64,000 nucleotides of DNA from an uncultured virus (IMG/VR IMGVR_UViG_3300010938_000019). Taxonomy: Duplodnaviria; Heunggongvirae; Uroviricota; Caudoviricetes. The stretch lies in IMG/VR virus record IMGVR_UViG_3300010938_000019, one strand, 5' to 3'. This document shows, in pieces, positions 1 through 8,124 of this stretch (positions are counted from its first letter, which is position 1; each line of letters opens with the position of its first letter). The notes under the pieces were generated by a model. It did no database searches and was not told the origin of the DNA. It saw only the letters and a program-made list of their open reading frames with translations. The position numbers and the translations under genes are program-made.

Positions 1-2
1 AC

Positions 3-227
3 ATAACACAAGCTACTATTTTAGCAGAAAATGTTAATAGATTCTTTTCTAAGAAAAAGCTAGTAACATTCATCGATCCGCCCGAAGGATACAAGCACGG
101 TTTTCCTAAAATATTACCTAAGCCATTTCCGAAAAACATAAAGACATGGTTAGTAAAGAATGGATATCCCAAAAAGGACGTTGACTTTGCTATAAAATAC
201 TGTAGAATGTGGGAAGAGGAAGTATGA
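3..227 (+). CDS. hypothetical phage protein, 5'-truncated by window edge
   Basis: Open frame from nt 3 to TGA 225-227 (…IDPPEGYKHGFPK…); stop overlaps the next ATG (ATGA). Not in the ORF track. Confidence 0.6.
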   Translation: MTQATILAENVNRFFSKKKLVTFIDPPEGYKHGFPKILPKPFPKNIKTWLVKNGYPKKDVDFAIKYCRMWEEEV

Positions 228-412
228 TTACAATAGCTCATCCATTTTCGACACTATCAGAATACTTGTACGCAACAGTATTATGTTATGTACTGTATAA
301 GGTACTTATGGCTGCAATAGAGCCTCATAGACCGACAAGGAAGACCAAGGTATTAGACTTCCGTAGAGTGGCTAAAAATGACACAAATGGGTTATTTTGT
401 ATTAAACAATAG
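224..412 (+). CDS. small hypothetical membrane protein
   Basis: ATG at 224 coupled to the previous stop; one hydrophobic stretch. Confidence 0.5.
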   Translation: MITIAHPFSTLSEYLYATVLCYVLYKVLMAAIEPHRPTRKTKVLDFRRVAKNDTNGLFCIKQ

Positions 413-613
413 GTGTTCAGTATGTCTCACATAAATCTTAATCAGCACGTAAAAGCCTTAAAAGAATCTATTGCATACCTATCTGGTAACGATGGAGCAT
501 CAATCGAGATAGTCTTAGACAAACAAACCTATGAAACATTGAAAGAAGAATATATGATAGACAGAGAAACCGAGGAGTTTACAATCCAAGGAATACAAAT
601 CAAAGGTAATTAA
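413..613 (+). CDS. hypothetical protein
   Basis: ORF in a tightly packed operon. Confidence 0.55.
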   Translation: MFSMSHINLNQHVKALKESIAYLSGNDGASIEIVLDKQTYETLKEEYMIDRETEEFTIQGIQIKGN

Positions 614-615
614 TA

Positions 616-1182
616 ATGTTTTCAGAACTAGAGTACAAATACAGATCAGACAGTATAAAGCTTACAGACTTTGAAGCATTTGCCGAGTCTATGCTATATA
701 CTAAGAAACTTACATGTTCATCGTGGGATTTCTATCTTAGTAAAGAAAATAGTCCCGATGAGTTCCAAAGATACCGAGAATCTGACAGACCAGAACTTAC
801 TAAAAAAGTAAAGACCGTTAGTGGCAATAGTTGGAACAGAACGGAAGTAGACCTTCCAATCGACGCGAATAGAATATCGTACAAGATTATTGAAAGGTTT
901 TCAGAACTGGATGGATATAAGTTTAACTTCAAGATATTCAAAAGCTGTGCATTGTACTGGTTTAATAATATAAACATGGTACACTATACAGTATTTGACG
1001 AGAATATGGGAAAGCTCGGCAGCTTTATTGAGATTGAGTATGACAAGGACAAGGTAGCTCAAGTTGGTGAAGAGAAAGCTTTTGAAGAGCTTAAGGAATG
1101 GGAAAAGAAACTTGGAACTTTAGGAATAAGTGCCCAAAACAGACTAAAGAAAAGCTTATTTGAGCTTTATCGTAAGGTATAA
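616..1182 (+). CDS. CYTH-like (triphosphate tunnel) phosphatase/cyclase family protein
   Basis: N-terminal ExExK motif (ELEYK), basic residues in RYR and LTKK, late FIEIE motif; 188 aa. Confidence 0.75.
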   Translation: MFSELEYKYRSDSIKLTDFEAFAESMLYTKKLTCSSWDFYLSKENSPDEFQRYRESDRPELTKKVKTVSGNSWNRTEVDLPIDANRISYKIIERFSELDGYKFNFKIFKSCALYWFNNINMVHYTVFDENMGKLGSFIEIEYDKDKVAQVGEEKAFEELKEWEKKLGTLGISAQNRLKKSLFELYRKV

Positions 1183-1185
1183 TTT

Positions 1186-1500
1186 ATGCTTATTTACATA
1201 AAAAAAGTCCTGTTAATTATGCTTATATGCACAATTATAGGATGTGTAGATGAACCTAAATATCACATTGGAGATAGGGTAAGTTTCACCGTACCTCAAG
1301 ACTACTACGCTGAATGTAGAGGAAGTGGCACTATAACAGGTATAGTCTATACAGTAACGGGAGAAGTTACCTATAACATTAATCCAGATCCCAAGCTGTT
1401 CCAATACAGAATGGCACATTGTCCTGATCTGTTCAACTTCGAAGAACATAGAATAAGAAGATATCAAAGAACAATTAGAGAGGACATATTCGATGAATAA
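1186..1500 (+). CDS. putative lipoprotein
   Basis: Basic N-terminus, hydrophobic stretch, IIG-C lipobox-like site. Confidence 0.5.
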   Translation: MLIYIKKVLLIMLICTIIGCVDEPKYHIGDRVSFTVPQDYYAECRGSGTITGIVYTVTGEVTYNINPDPKLFQYRMAHCPDLFNFEEHRIRRYQRTIREDIFDE

Positions 1501-1666
1501 CTATAGGTTTAGTAAGAAAAGAACGGTATTACTTATACTCAATTTGCTATTCTGCTTGTTCATATATTATTTTGGCAATGATGAACAGTCCAGAGGATTA
1601 GTATTAGCAGTTGCTGTATTGTGTTTTATATCGCTTTATGATAATCTATTTAACGAGAATAAATAA
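1493..1666 (+). CDS. 57-aa two-TM membrane protein
   Basis: ATG 1493 after GAGGA, TAA 1664-1666; MNNYRFSKKRTVLLILNLLFCLFIYYF…; below the ORF-track cutoff. Confidence 0.6.
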   Translation: MNNYRFSKKRTVLLILNLLFCLFIYYFGNDEQSRGLVLAVAVLCFISLYDNLFNENK

Positions 1667-1686
1667 CGTCCACTATAGGAGAGGCT

Positions 1687-1899
1687 ATGAAGTATTTAAT
1701 CGTATTGTTCGCTTTATTATCGTCTTGTTCAGCAAAGAAAGAAGCTTACTATGTTGTAGGTCAATTCATTTGCTCTGAGCTAGGAAAAGACAAGGATACT
1801 GGAGTTATTACTTTGTCCAATTGCGAAACTTTAAACGCTCCTGTTCCAGGAAAAGTAACACTGTATAATCCAGTAAACTTTATGAAGATTGAAGAATAG
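1687..1899 (+). CDS. putative lipoprotein
   Basis: AGGAGAGG SD; MKYLIVLFALLSS-C lipobox. Confidence 0.65.
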   Translation: MKYLIVLFALLSSCSAKKEAYYVVGQFICSELGKDKDTGVITLSNCETLNAPVPGKVTLYNPVNFMKIEE

Positions 1900-1923
1900 T
1901 TGGGACTTTTACCCTATCACATT

Positions 1924-1943
1924 CTCCCAGATTTGGGAGTTTT
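1924..1943 (+). terminator. intrinsic terminator-like hairpin
   Basis: CTCCCA-GATT-TGGGAG followed by TTTT in an intergenic gap. Confidence 0.45.
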
Positions 1944-1958
1944 AACCTAGGAATATAT

Positions 1959-2840
1959 ATGAGATTAAGTACGTTTACCGATCCCATTGGACGCATAAGT
2001 GATAAGCATTACAGTCAAGAAGATGGGTTGAGCGATAATCCAGTGCTCTTTACGGGAGAGTATTGTTTTCTTGCTAAACTACTTAACAAATTTGGCACAC
2101 AGGAAGAGTTGCTATGTTTAAGTACGCATGGTTTTGCAATTGTAGAGCAGGGACTTTACACAAGACATCCGCAATTTCTTAGGGATAAGTTTAATATACC
2201 GTGGAACACTGTTAGCCATGATGAATATCTAGGAATACTACTGATTGCATATTGCCTAGACATTCATAAAACCATAGCTCAGGACATTGTAAACTACGGC
2301 AAAGCTTACAATTGGCAGTACACCGATCTATATCCTAAAGCAGACTTCTTTGCTGCATTAAAGAAGAATCCAATAGATACTATTAAGAAATTCATTGCAT
2401 ATAAGAAAGACTATAAAGCTAATCCTCAGGATACTAACTCAGTTGACTTGCGCCACGACGGCAATATCACCGCACTCACCTTTATAAGGCAGCCCAGGGA
2501 CAGAGCGCTTTATAAACTCATAGCCGGGGAGACTCCCTCTCTACTTGAGTCTCTCTGGCTTTCTTTCGCTCATGTATATTCTACTAGAAGAGATCTAGAG
2601 GATGGATCAAGAGGCGGCACCATGCTTCTTGCTTGGTTTAGAATGCAGTTATTGGAAAAGGCTATAGGAAAGAAAATGCCACTTAGTGTAAAACTAGCTC
2701 ATACATTATTTGATAAGATCCTTGTTAAAAAGTATGGAAAAGAGTATGCTTATGTTATTGCTAATCGTTATTTTGACAGGATAGGATCTAACGGTGAAAG
2801 ACACCCCATTATATCAATGATTAAGGAGTATATAGCATGA
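1959..2840 (+). CDS. hypothetical protein, 293 aa
   Basis: Long ORF; no family recognised. Confidence 0.75.
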   Translation: MRLSTFTDPIGRISDKHYSQEDGLSDNPVLFTGEYCFLAKLLNKFGTQEELLCLSTHGFAIVEQGLYTRHPQFLRDKFNIPWNTVSHDEYLGILLIAYCLDIHKTIAQDIVNYGKAYNWQYTDLYPKADFFAALKKNPIDTIKKFIAYKKDYKANPQDTNSVDLRHDGNITALTFIRQPRDRALYKLIAGETPSLLESLWLSFAHVYSTRRDLEDGSRGGTMLLAWFRMQLLEKAIGKKMPLSVKLAHTLFDKILVKKYGKEYAYVIANRYFDRIGSNGERHPIISMIKEYIA

Positions 2841-2983
2841 AAGAAAGTATTGATGACGTAATACTACTAGGCATATTTATGGTAATCTTGGCGATATCCT
2901 TATCGGTGAATACTACTGGAAGTGAGAAGTTAATAGAAGTCACTGAAGATTCTTTGTTTACTAAATGGAGACACATATTTTAA
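2837..2983 (+). CDS. 48-aa single-TM protein
   Basis: AAGGAG SD, ATGA overlap with the upstream stop, hydrophobic segment. Confidence 0.55.
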   Translation: MKESIDDVILLGIFMVILAISLSVNTTGSEKLIEVTEDSLFTKWRHIF

Positions 2984-3048
2984 ATATACCCTTCCAATTT
3001 TTGCAGGAATATGCTATTATTGGAACGGTGTAAATAAAAGAGATACCT

Positions 3049-3285
3049 ATGGAAGGCTTAAAAGGACTAGTAAAGAATATCTCAGAGAGGGATAGGCGAA
3101 CTGTAGAGGAAGTTAGAGAGCAAATAAAAGAAGCTCAAATGGAAGGTAAGTCGTCTATTAATTTTCCAATTAGTAGAGTAGCTTATGATAGGCTATCTCC
3201 GAGACTTATTTCCATGGGGCTAGATACAAAGTTTATTAATTCTAGTGGAAGTAGATCTTCTTATATGGAAATTAGGTTTATCTAA
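3049..3285 (+). CDS. hypothetical protein
   Basis: ORF preceded by TTCCAA-17-TATTAT promoter-like site. Confidence 0.6.
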   Translation: MEGLKGLVKNISERDRRTVEEVREQIKEAQMEGKSSINFPISRVAYDRLSPRLISMGLDTKFINSSGSRSSYMEIRFI

Positions 3286-3354
3286 ATGAACCCTTGTAAC
3301 TTTTGTAGTGTACACTGTGGACGACCATGGTGTCGTACAGACGAAGGAGATAAC

Positions 3355-4068
3355 ATGACATCAGCTAAGCTTGTAAGTAAGACTATGGTAGATCCTGATT
3401 ATGTTGATTCACTTATTGATATAAACGAAGTAGATGATATCAAGACTTTGGAATTCTATAGGAATATCAAGAGAGACCCGGAACAACTTATGATATACTT
3501 GGCACGAGTTAGTAGTCCTAACCAGCTCAATCCAGACTATGCCAAGCTTTTAAAATACTGTTGGGTTCACGGACATGTAAGCGTATTTGAGCAAGTGAGT
3601 TTGACTATGGAAGTAGAAACTGATTTGAATATTGCTGCCCAACTTCTAAGACATAGATCGCTTTACTTTCAACAACTCAGTCGTAGGTATAGCTCAGATG
3701 GAGTAGACTTTGTTACTATTGAAGCTAGACAGCAAGATCCTAAAAATCGTCAAAGCAGCCTAGATACTTTAGATGAGAATACAAAAGCGTGGTTCTTAAT
3801 GGCACAGAACAATGTGCATGTTACTGCTAAGAAATATTATGAAGAAGCTATACAAAAGGGCATCGCCAAAGAGATATCAAGATACTTGCTTCCAACTGCA
3901 ACAAAGACAAAGCTATACGTTACTGGACCACTTCGCAATTTTCTTACTTATATAAATACACGAACTACAGAAGGAACACAGAAAGAACATAGAGACTTAG
4001 CAGAAGCAATGAAAGTGCAAATTAAACTTGCGTTCCCTATAACTTATTCTGCAGTCTGGGGAGAGTAA
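3355..4068 (+). CDS. thyX: flavin-dependent thymidylate synthase
   Basis: GHVSVFEQ, RHRSLYFQQLSRRY (RHRx7SxR signature) and TQKEHR motifs; start chosen at ATG 3355 after AAGGAG, although the frame is open from 3286. Confidence 0.93.
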   Translation: MTSAKLVSKTMVDPDYVDSLIDINEVDDIKTLEFYRNIKRDPEQLMIYLARVSSPNQLNPDYAKLLKYCWVHGHVSVFEQVSLTMEVETDLNIAAQLLRHRSLYFQQLSRRYSSDGVDFVTIEARQQDPKNRQSSLDTLDENTKAWFLMAQNNVHVTAKKYYEEAIQKGIAKEISRYLLPTATKTKLYVTGPLRNFLTYINTRTTEGTQKEHRDLAEAMKVQIKLAFPITYSAVWGE

Positions 4069-4069
4069 C

Positions 4070-4555
4070 ATGGTATCTCATTATTGGGGCGACAAAGACT
4101 TTGACTGGGACTCGCTATATAAAGCCGAACAGCTTGGTAACAAACTAATGAAAAGTCTTGGTAGAATCGGAGTACATTCAAAAGAAAAATTTGGGAGTTT
4201 ACGCTGGGATCTGCACTTATTCGATGGCACTCTACACTCTCTTACTCACCCAGGCTATGTCTATTCTCAGTACCCAAAGTGGCTATGGGAGCTTGATGTA
4301 GAATATCGTCCATTACGCTTTCTAGTGTATCCTATTCAATTTTACCAATCTCTAATTGTTAAACTTACTTTTCTATACCTATGCTACAAGTTTCCTCACA
4401 TTGAGAGAGAGATCATACTAGACGCACCTAGAGAGCTGCTTACTACAAGACTAAAGAAATTATCTGGCAGTATGTGGAGTACCTATTGCAAATCTTGCGA
4501 AAAAGAGTATACTTGTGATAACGAGGCTTGTCCCTATTGTGGGAGTAAAAAATGA
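4070..4555 (+). CDS. hypothetical protein with C-terminal zinc ribbon
   Basis: C-terminal CKSC…CPYC. Confidence 0.65.
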   Translation: MVSHYWGDKDFDWDSLYKAEQLGNKLMKSLGRIGVHSKEKFGSLRWDLHLFDGTLHSLTHPGYVYSQYPKWLWELDVEYRPLRFLVYPIQFYQSLIVKLTFLYLCYKFPHIEREIILDAPRELLTTRLKKLSGSMWSTYCKSCEKEYTCDNEACPYCGSKK

Positions 4556-4749
4556 CTATACACATAGACGAAGGTTCTGTAATATACAGCGTAACAAAAG
4601 ACTTGCGGTTTATTATAACATCAGCTACAATAACTAGGGAAGGTACGATCTTTGCCTTTATAAACTTGGGAGATAAAGAGTTTAGTTTTGTAGATATACA
4701 TCCAGAGTTTTTAACAAATGGCACATTGCACTTAGTAGGAAAGCTATAG
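4552..4749 (+). CDS. hypothetical protein
   Basis: ATGA overlap with the upstream gene. Confidence 0.55.
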   Translation: MTIHIDEGSVIYSVTKDLRFIITSATITREGTIFAFINLGDKEFSFVDIHPEFLTNGTLHLVGKL

Positions 4750-4804
4750 TTTAAGCCATGTTTATAGTAGTTTATTTCAGCTTAAGAATAAGTAGCTACA
4801 TTGC

Positions 4805-4828
4805 TGGAACTTGTGCTATAATGTTCCA
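4805..4828 (+). promoter_or_regulatory. extended -10 promoter flanked by an inverted repeat
   Basis: TGC-TATAAT at 4814-4822 lies between TGGAAC (4805-4810) and GTTCCA (4823-4828) in an intergenic gap. Confidence 0.55.
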
Positions 4829-4882
4829 TAAATGGTCAAAAATAATCGAAATAGTCCAAATATGGACTTTTAGGAGTATGAG

Positions 4883-5272
4883 ATGAAAAAGTCATTTAGC
4901 GAGCAGTTTAAGCCTGGGGATATTATTTGCTGCAACACATTTCATGACGGTAAATGTTTAATTGTGGAAGAATTTAAAAATGATGGTTATGTCTGTGAGG
5001 ACTTGATAGTAGATAATCCAGATTGGAGAGCTTACGACATATCTCTTAGATCCGAAGCTGAATATAAATGGAGATTGGCAAAAGATAAGGATATTGTTTA
5101 CTATTTAGAAAGATATATAGATGTTAGGGAAAAGTCTATTGGGTATGGCGTGAGTTTGCAAATGACCGATGATACGTTAATCATAAAAGACTGTGGGGCT
5201 GGAGTTTACCTAGACGCAAACCAAGCTGCTAAGCTTAGAGATTACTTGAACAAATATGTAATAGGAGGATAA
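4883..5272 (+). CDS. hypothetical protein
   Basis: AGGAG SD; 129 aa ORF. Confidence 0.65.
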   Translation: MKKSFSEQFKPGDIICCNTFHDGKCLIVEEFKNDGYVCEDLIVDNPDWRAYDISLRSEAEYKWRLAKDKDIVYYLERYIDVREKSIGYGVSLQMTDDTLIIKDCGAGVYLDANQAAKLRDYLNKYVIGG

Positions 5273-5273
5273 G

Positions 5274-5474
5274 ATGAAACGCAGCGAAGTGGTTGATATA
5301 ATAGCAGAATATTTAAAGAACTATCAAAACTGTGGAAATGAAAAAGAAGAAGCAGATAATCTTTTAGTTACATTAGAATCTTTAGGAATGCTGCCACCAT
5401 TAATTGAAAAAATGGAAGACGGTAGATTTGTCGGATCTAGTTCTGCACTCTATCCAGAATGGGAGGAAGAATGA
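5274..5474 (+). CDS. hypothetical protein
   Basis: AGGAGG SD. Confidence 0.6.
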   Translation: MKRSEVVDIIAEYLKNYQNCGNEKEEADNLLVTLESLGMLPPLIEKMEDGRFVGSSSALYPEWEEE

Positions 5475-5680
5475 GCCATAAATCACTAAAACCTGGCTAT
5501 TATCTAAGTAGTGCAACAAGTATACAACTGTGGTACCCTAAGGGATTCTTCATACCAGGACATCAGACATTAGAAACTTATGATCCACGTAGCGAGATGT
5601 TTATAATGATGCATTATAATGATCGTATGATGAGAATACTACTTGCAGTTTTAGAATTTGAATTTATCGGTCCACTTTAG
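5471..5680 (+). CDS. hypothetical protein
   Basis: GGAGG SD, ATGA overlap. Confidence 0.55.
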   Translation: MSHKSLKPGYYLSSATSIQLWYPKGFFIPGHQTLETYDPRSEMFIMMHYNDRMMRILLAVLEFEFIGPL

Positions 5681-5688
5681 GAAGCATT

Positions 5689-5895
5689 ATGAAACTACAT
5701 TTAGGTGTAACCTATACCAATAATACTTCAGACCTTGCAATAAAAGTGTTGTCAGTATACTACGAAAATGCTACAATAGTAAAGATAAGAGGCAAGCTCT
5801 TTAACAAGCGTAATGGCTTGGTATATGAGCAAAAGCAGTTTGATTTGAGCAAAGAGCTGATTAAGGATTGGCAAGTTTTTAGGAGCATATCATGA
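5689..5895 (+). CDS. hypothetical protein
   Basis: AGGA SD; operon packing. Confidence 0.55.
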   Translation: MKLHLGVTYTNNTSDLAIKVLSVYYENATIVKIRGKLFNKRNGLVYEQKQFDLSKELIKDWQVFRSIS

Positions 5896-6191
5896 GCAAA
5901 AAGACGATTGAAGATAAATTTATATCATACCAACATGAGATCACAACAGCGTTTTCAGTAAACGATATTGTAGATAAACACGGAAAAGAAAAATATCTCA
6001 AAGTGCATCAAAATCAGTTTCTGTCTTATAAAGCTGGTTACGAGACTGCACAAAAAGAAATGATCGACAGATCGAAAGAAGCTGAAGAACTTTTGAGTCA
6101 CGTTCAATATCTACCAAAGCTACCAGAGAGTTTACAGAGATATTTAGCGGAAGTAACAAGAAACTATCTTAAAAAGTGGGGAGTGGAATGA
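5892..6191 (+). CDS. hypothetical protein
   Basis: AGGAG SD, ATGA overlap. Confidence 0.6.
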   Translation: MSKKTIEDKFISYQHEITTAFSVNDIVDKHGKEKYLKVHQNQFLSYKAGYETAQKEMIDRSKEAEELLSHVQYLPKLPESLQRYLAEVTRNYLKKWGVE

Positions 6192-6694
6192 GACTACTAT
6201 TTGAAACCATAAAACGCTTCTTCTACTGGGGATGGGCTTTACGCAATAATAGAGACTGGGATAACACTTTCTTGGATGAAATTATCCTGCTAAAACTACA
6301 GCGTATGCGAGCTTGCTTTAACTCAGAAGAGTTTCACCACAATCGCTGGAGCTTGAAAGAAGAACTTGAAGATACTCGTCAAATCGAGTTTAAACAAGGA
6401 CTAATTGATCAGTACAAAGCTGACGTTGCACTAGACATATGCATTTCCATACTTAAGCGTAGAATGGACGATCGGTATTACGACAAACTTGTTGGACTAG
6501 AGAAGCTATATGAGCGTGTAGAACACAACTTCGACAACGGTACAATCAATACCATAGTCGATGGAAAGCCTGCTACTCCAGAGTTTAGAAGCTACCAACG
6601 AGAGCTTATGTTTAAGTCTGCCGAAATAGCAGCTAGAGATAACAAGCTTCTATTTAGCTTAATGGAAAAATTCAACTCTAGTTGGTGGTCCTGA
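6188..6694 (+). CDS. hypothetical phage protein
   Basis: ATGA overlap; NRDWDNTFL…KLQRM N-terminal motif. Confidence 0.65.
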   Translation: MRLLFETIKRFFYWGWALRNNRDWDNTFLDEIILLKLQRMRACFNSEEFHHNRWSLKEELEDTRQIEFKQGLIDQYKADVALDICISILKRRMDDRYYDKLVGLEKLYERVEHNFDNGTINTIVDGKPATPEFRSYQRELMFKSAEIAARDNKLLFSLMEKFNSSWWS

Positions 6695-7629
6695 TGTCAA
6701 ATAAATTTTACTTCTCTTTTGGTGATCCAGTCTGTATTAGGGAAATACTACAACGTATGTACCCCATAACAAAGCTTCAAAGACCAGAAGACTTGACATA
6801 CTCTCAAGATGCTGGAGAACAAGAGCTAATTGAGCTTCTATGGCAGTACATATACGAAACTACCGAAACTATATATAAGCATGTCATCATCACTCCTGGA
6901 TGCATACCTGCAGTAAACGCTGCTATGAGAGTACTTACAAAGTACCTCAACACTAACTCAGTATCTATCCACCGAGATAGCTTCTACTACTATTCAAGTA
7001 TGATAGAAAAGGCAAATCTACTTCCATTCTTTGAAATAGAACCTAACGCCATTGGTATTAGTGATAGTCCTAGTAATCCAGACGGTACTTATTGTAGCAT
7101 CGCAGCTTCTAATAGAAACATCTGGGATTCTGTATATTATAGCAAAGTCTTCATTAACGGCTTCCATATGCCTCCTAGCCACGTTATCAACTGCGGGTCT
7201 ATCAGTAAGACCCTTGGACTTACAGGGCTTAGAATAGGCTATATTGCGACAAATTGCGACATCCTAGCGCAGAAGTTACTAAATGAGGTCAAATACGAGT
7301 ATTGCACTGTAAGTATGCTAGCTCAAAGGTATCTCATTGACATATTTAAGAATCTGGATATAGACCGCTTTTACTTGGCAGCTAAGGGATCAATTAACCA
7401 TAACAGAGAAGAGCTTCAAAAGCTTAGTTATTTAATGAATAAAGACGTTCCTGAAGATGGTATGTTCTATCCGGGTTTTTTGGATAAGAGTGCCAAATCT
7501 TTGTTTAACGCCGCTATGGTAGAGTTGACAGCACTACCCAGCGGTAGATCTCGTATAAGTTTGGGACAGAACAACGAACTTACTAGAGATATGGTAAAAG
7601 CAGTTCTGAGACTTGACGGTAAAATTTGA
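6694..7629 (+). CDS. PLP-dependent aminotransferase, class I/II fold
   Basis: SPSNPDG, WDSVY and GSISKTLGLTGLRIGY (PLP lysine) motifs, C-terminal RIS. Confidence 0.85.
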   Translation: MSNKFYFSFGDPVCIREILQRMYPITKLQRPEDLTYSQDAGEQELIELLWQYIYETTETIYKHVIITPGCIPAVNAAMRVLTKYLNTNSVSIHRDSFYYYSSMIEKANLLPFFEIEPNAIGISDSPSNPDGTYCSIAASNRNIWDSVYYSKVFINGFHMPPSHVINCGSISKTLGLTGLRIGYIATNCDILAQKLLNEVKYEYCTVSMLAQRYLIDIFKNLDIDRFYLAAKGSINHNREELQKLSYLMNKDVPEDGMFYPGFLDKSAKSLFNAAMVELTALPSGRSRISLGQNNELTRDMVKAVLRLDGKI

Positions 7630-7654
7630 CATTATTTTGGTACTATGTCATAAT
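7626..7654 (+). promoter_or_regulatory. sigma70-type promoter
   Basis: TTGACA (7626-7631), 17 nt, CATAAT (7649-7654) with TG extension. Confidence 0.6.
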
Positions 7655-7672
7655 ATTTTGGAAGGAGTTTTT

Positions 7673-7912
7673 ATGCCTAAAGCAACATTACAATTTAACT
7701 TAGACGATGAGTTTGAGAAAGACGCACATACTAGAGCTATTAAAGCTGATAAGGCTTATGGAGCTTTGTGGGACTTAATGAACTACTTCAGAGAAATCCG
7801 TAAGTATGGTGATAGACCAGAAGCTGAATTGGCTATCTTTACTGAAGCAGAAGATCAATTCTATAAAGTACTTAGTGAATCAGGCATTGACTTATTTGAA
7901 GAATACAAATAA
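7673..7912 (+). CDS. hypothetical phage protein
   Basis: AAGGAG SD before ATG 7673 (MPKATLQFNL…). Confidence 0.65.
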   Translation: MPKATLQFNLDDEFEKDAHTRAIKADKAYGALWDLMNYFREIRKYGDRPEAELAIFTEAEDQFYKVLSESGIDLFEEYK

Positions 7913-7914
7913 GA

Positions 7915-8115
7915 ATGCAAAAAGTACAGTGTCCTTACTGTAAAAATCCAGTAGAATTTACTATTGAGCATGCTATGACTCATAATAAACTTTGTTGCAT
8001 GAGTTGCAATAAAGCTTTTGATATTGCAGAGCTAAAACAGTATATTGATGAAAATAATATAGTAAGAGACATAGAAGACGAAAGTTTTAATTACACAGAC
8101 GACGATGAATTTTAG
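7915..8115 (+). CDS. small zinc-ribbon protein
   Basis: CPYC…CMSC with acidic tail. Confidence 0.6.
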   Translation: MQKVQCPYCKNPVEFTIEHAMTHNKLCCMSCNKAFDIAELKQYIDENNIVRDIEDESFNYTDDDEF

Positions 8116-8124
8116 GAGGGTAGG

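Noticed and set aside
4750..4882. A second group I intron in this gap (contains ATTGCTGGAA and ATAGTCC)
   Set aside because: No Q element or P7 partner, too short, and the flanking ORFs do not join; only the 21/24 match is reported.
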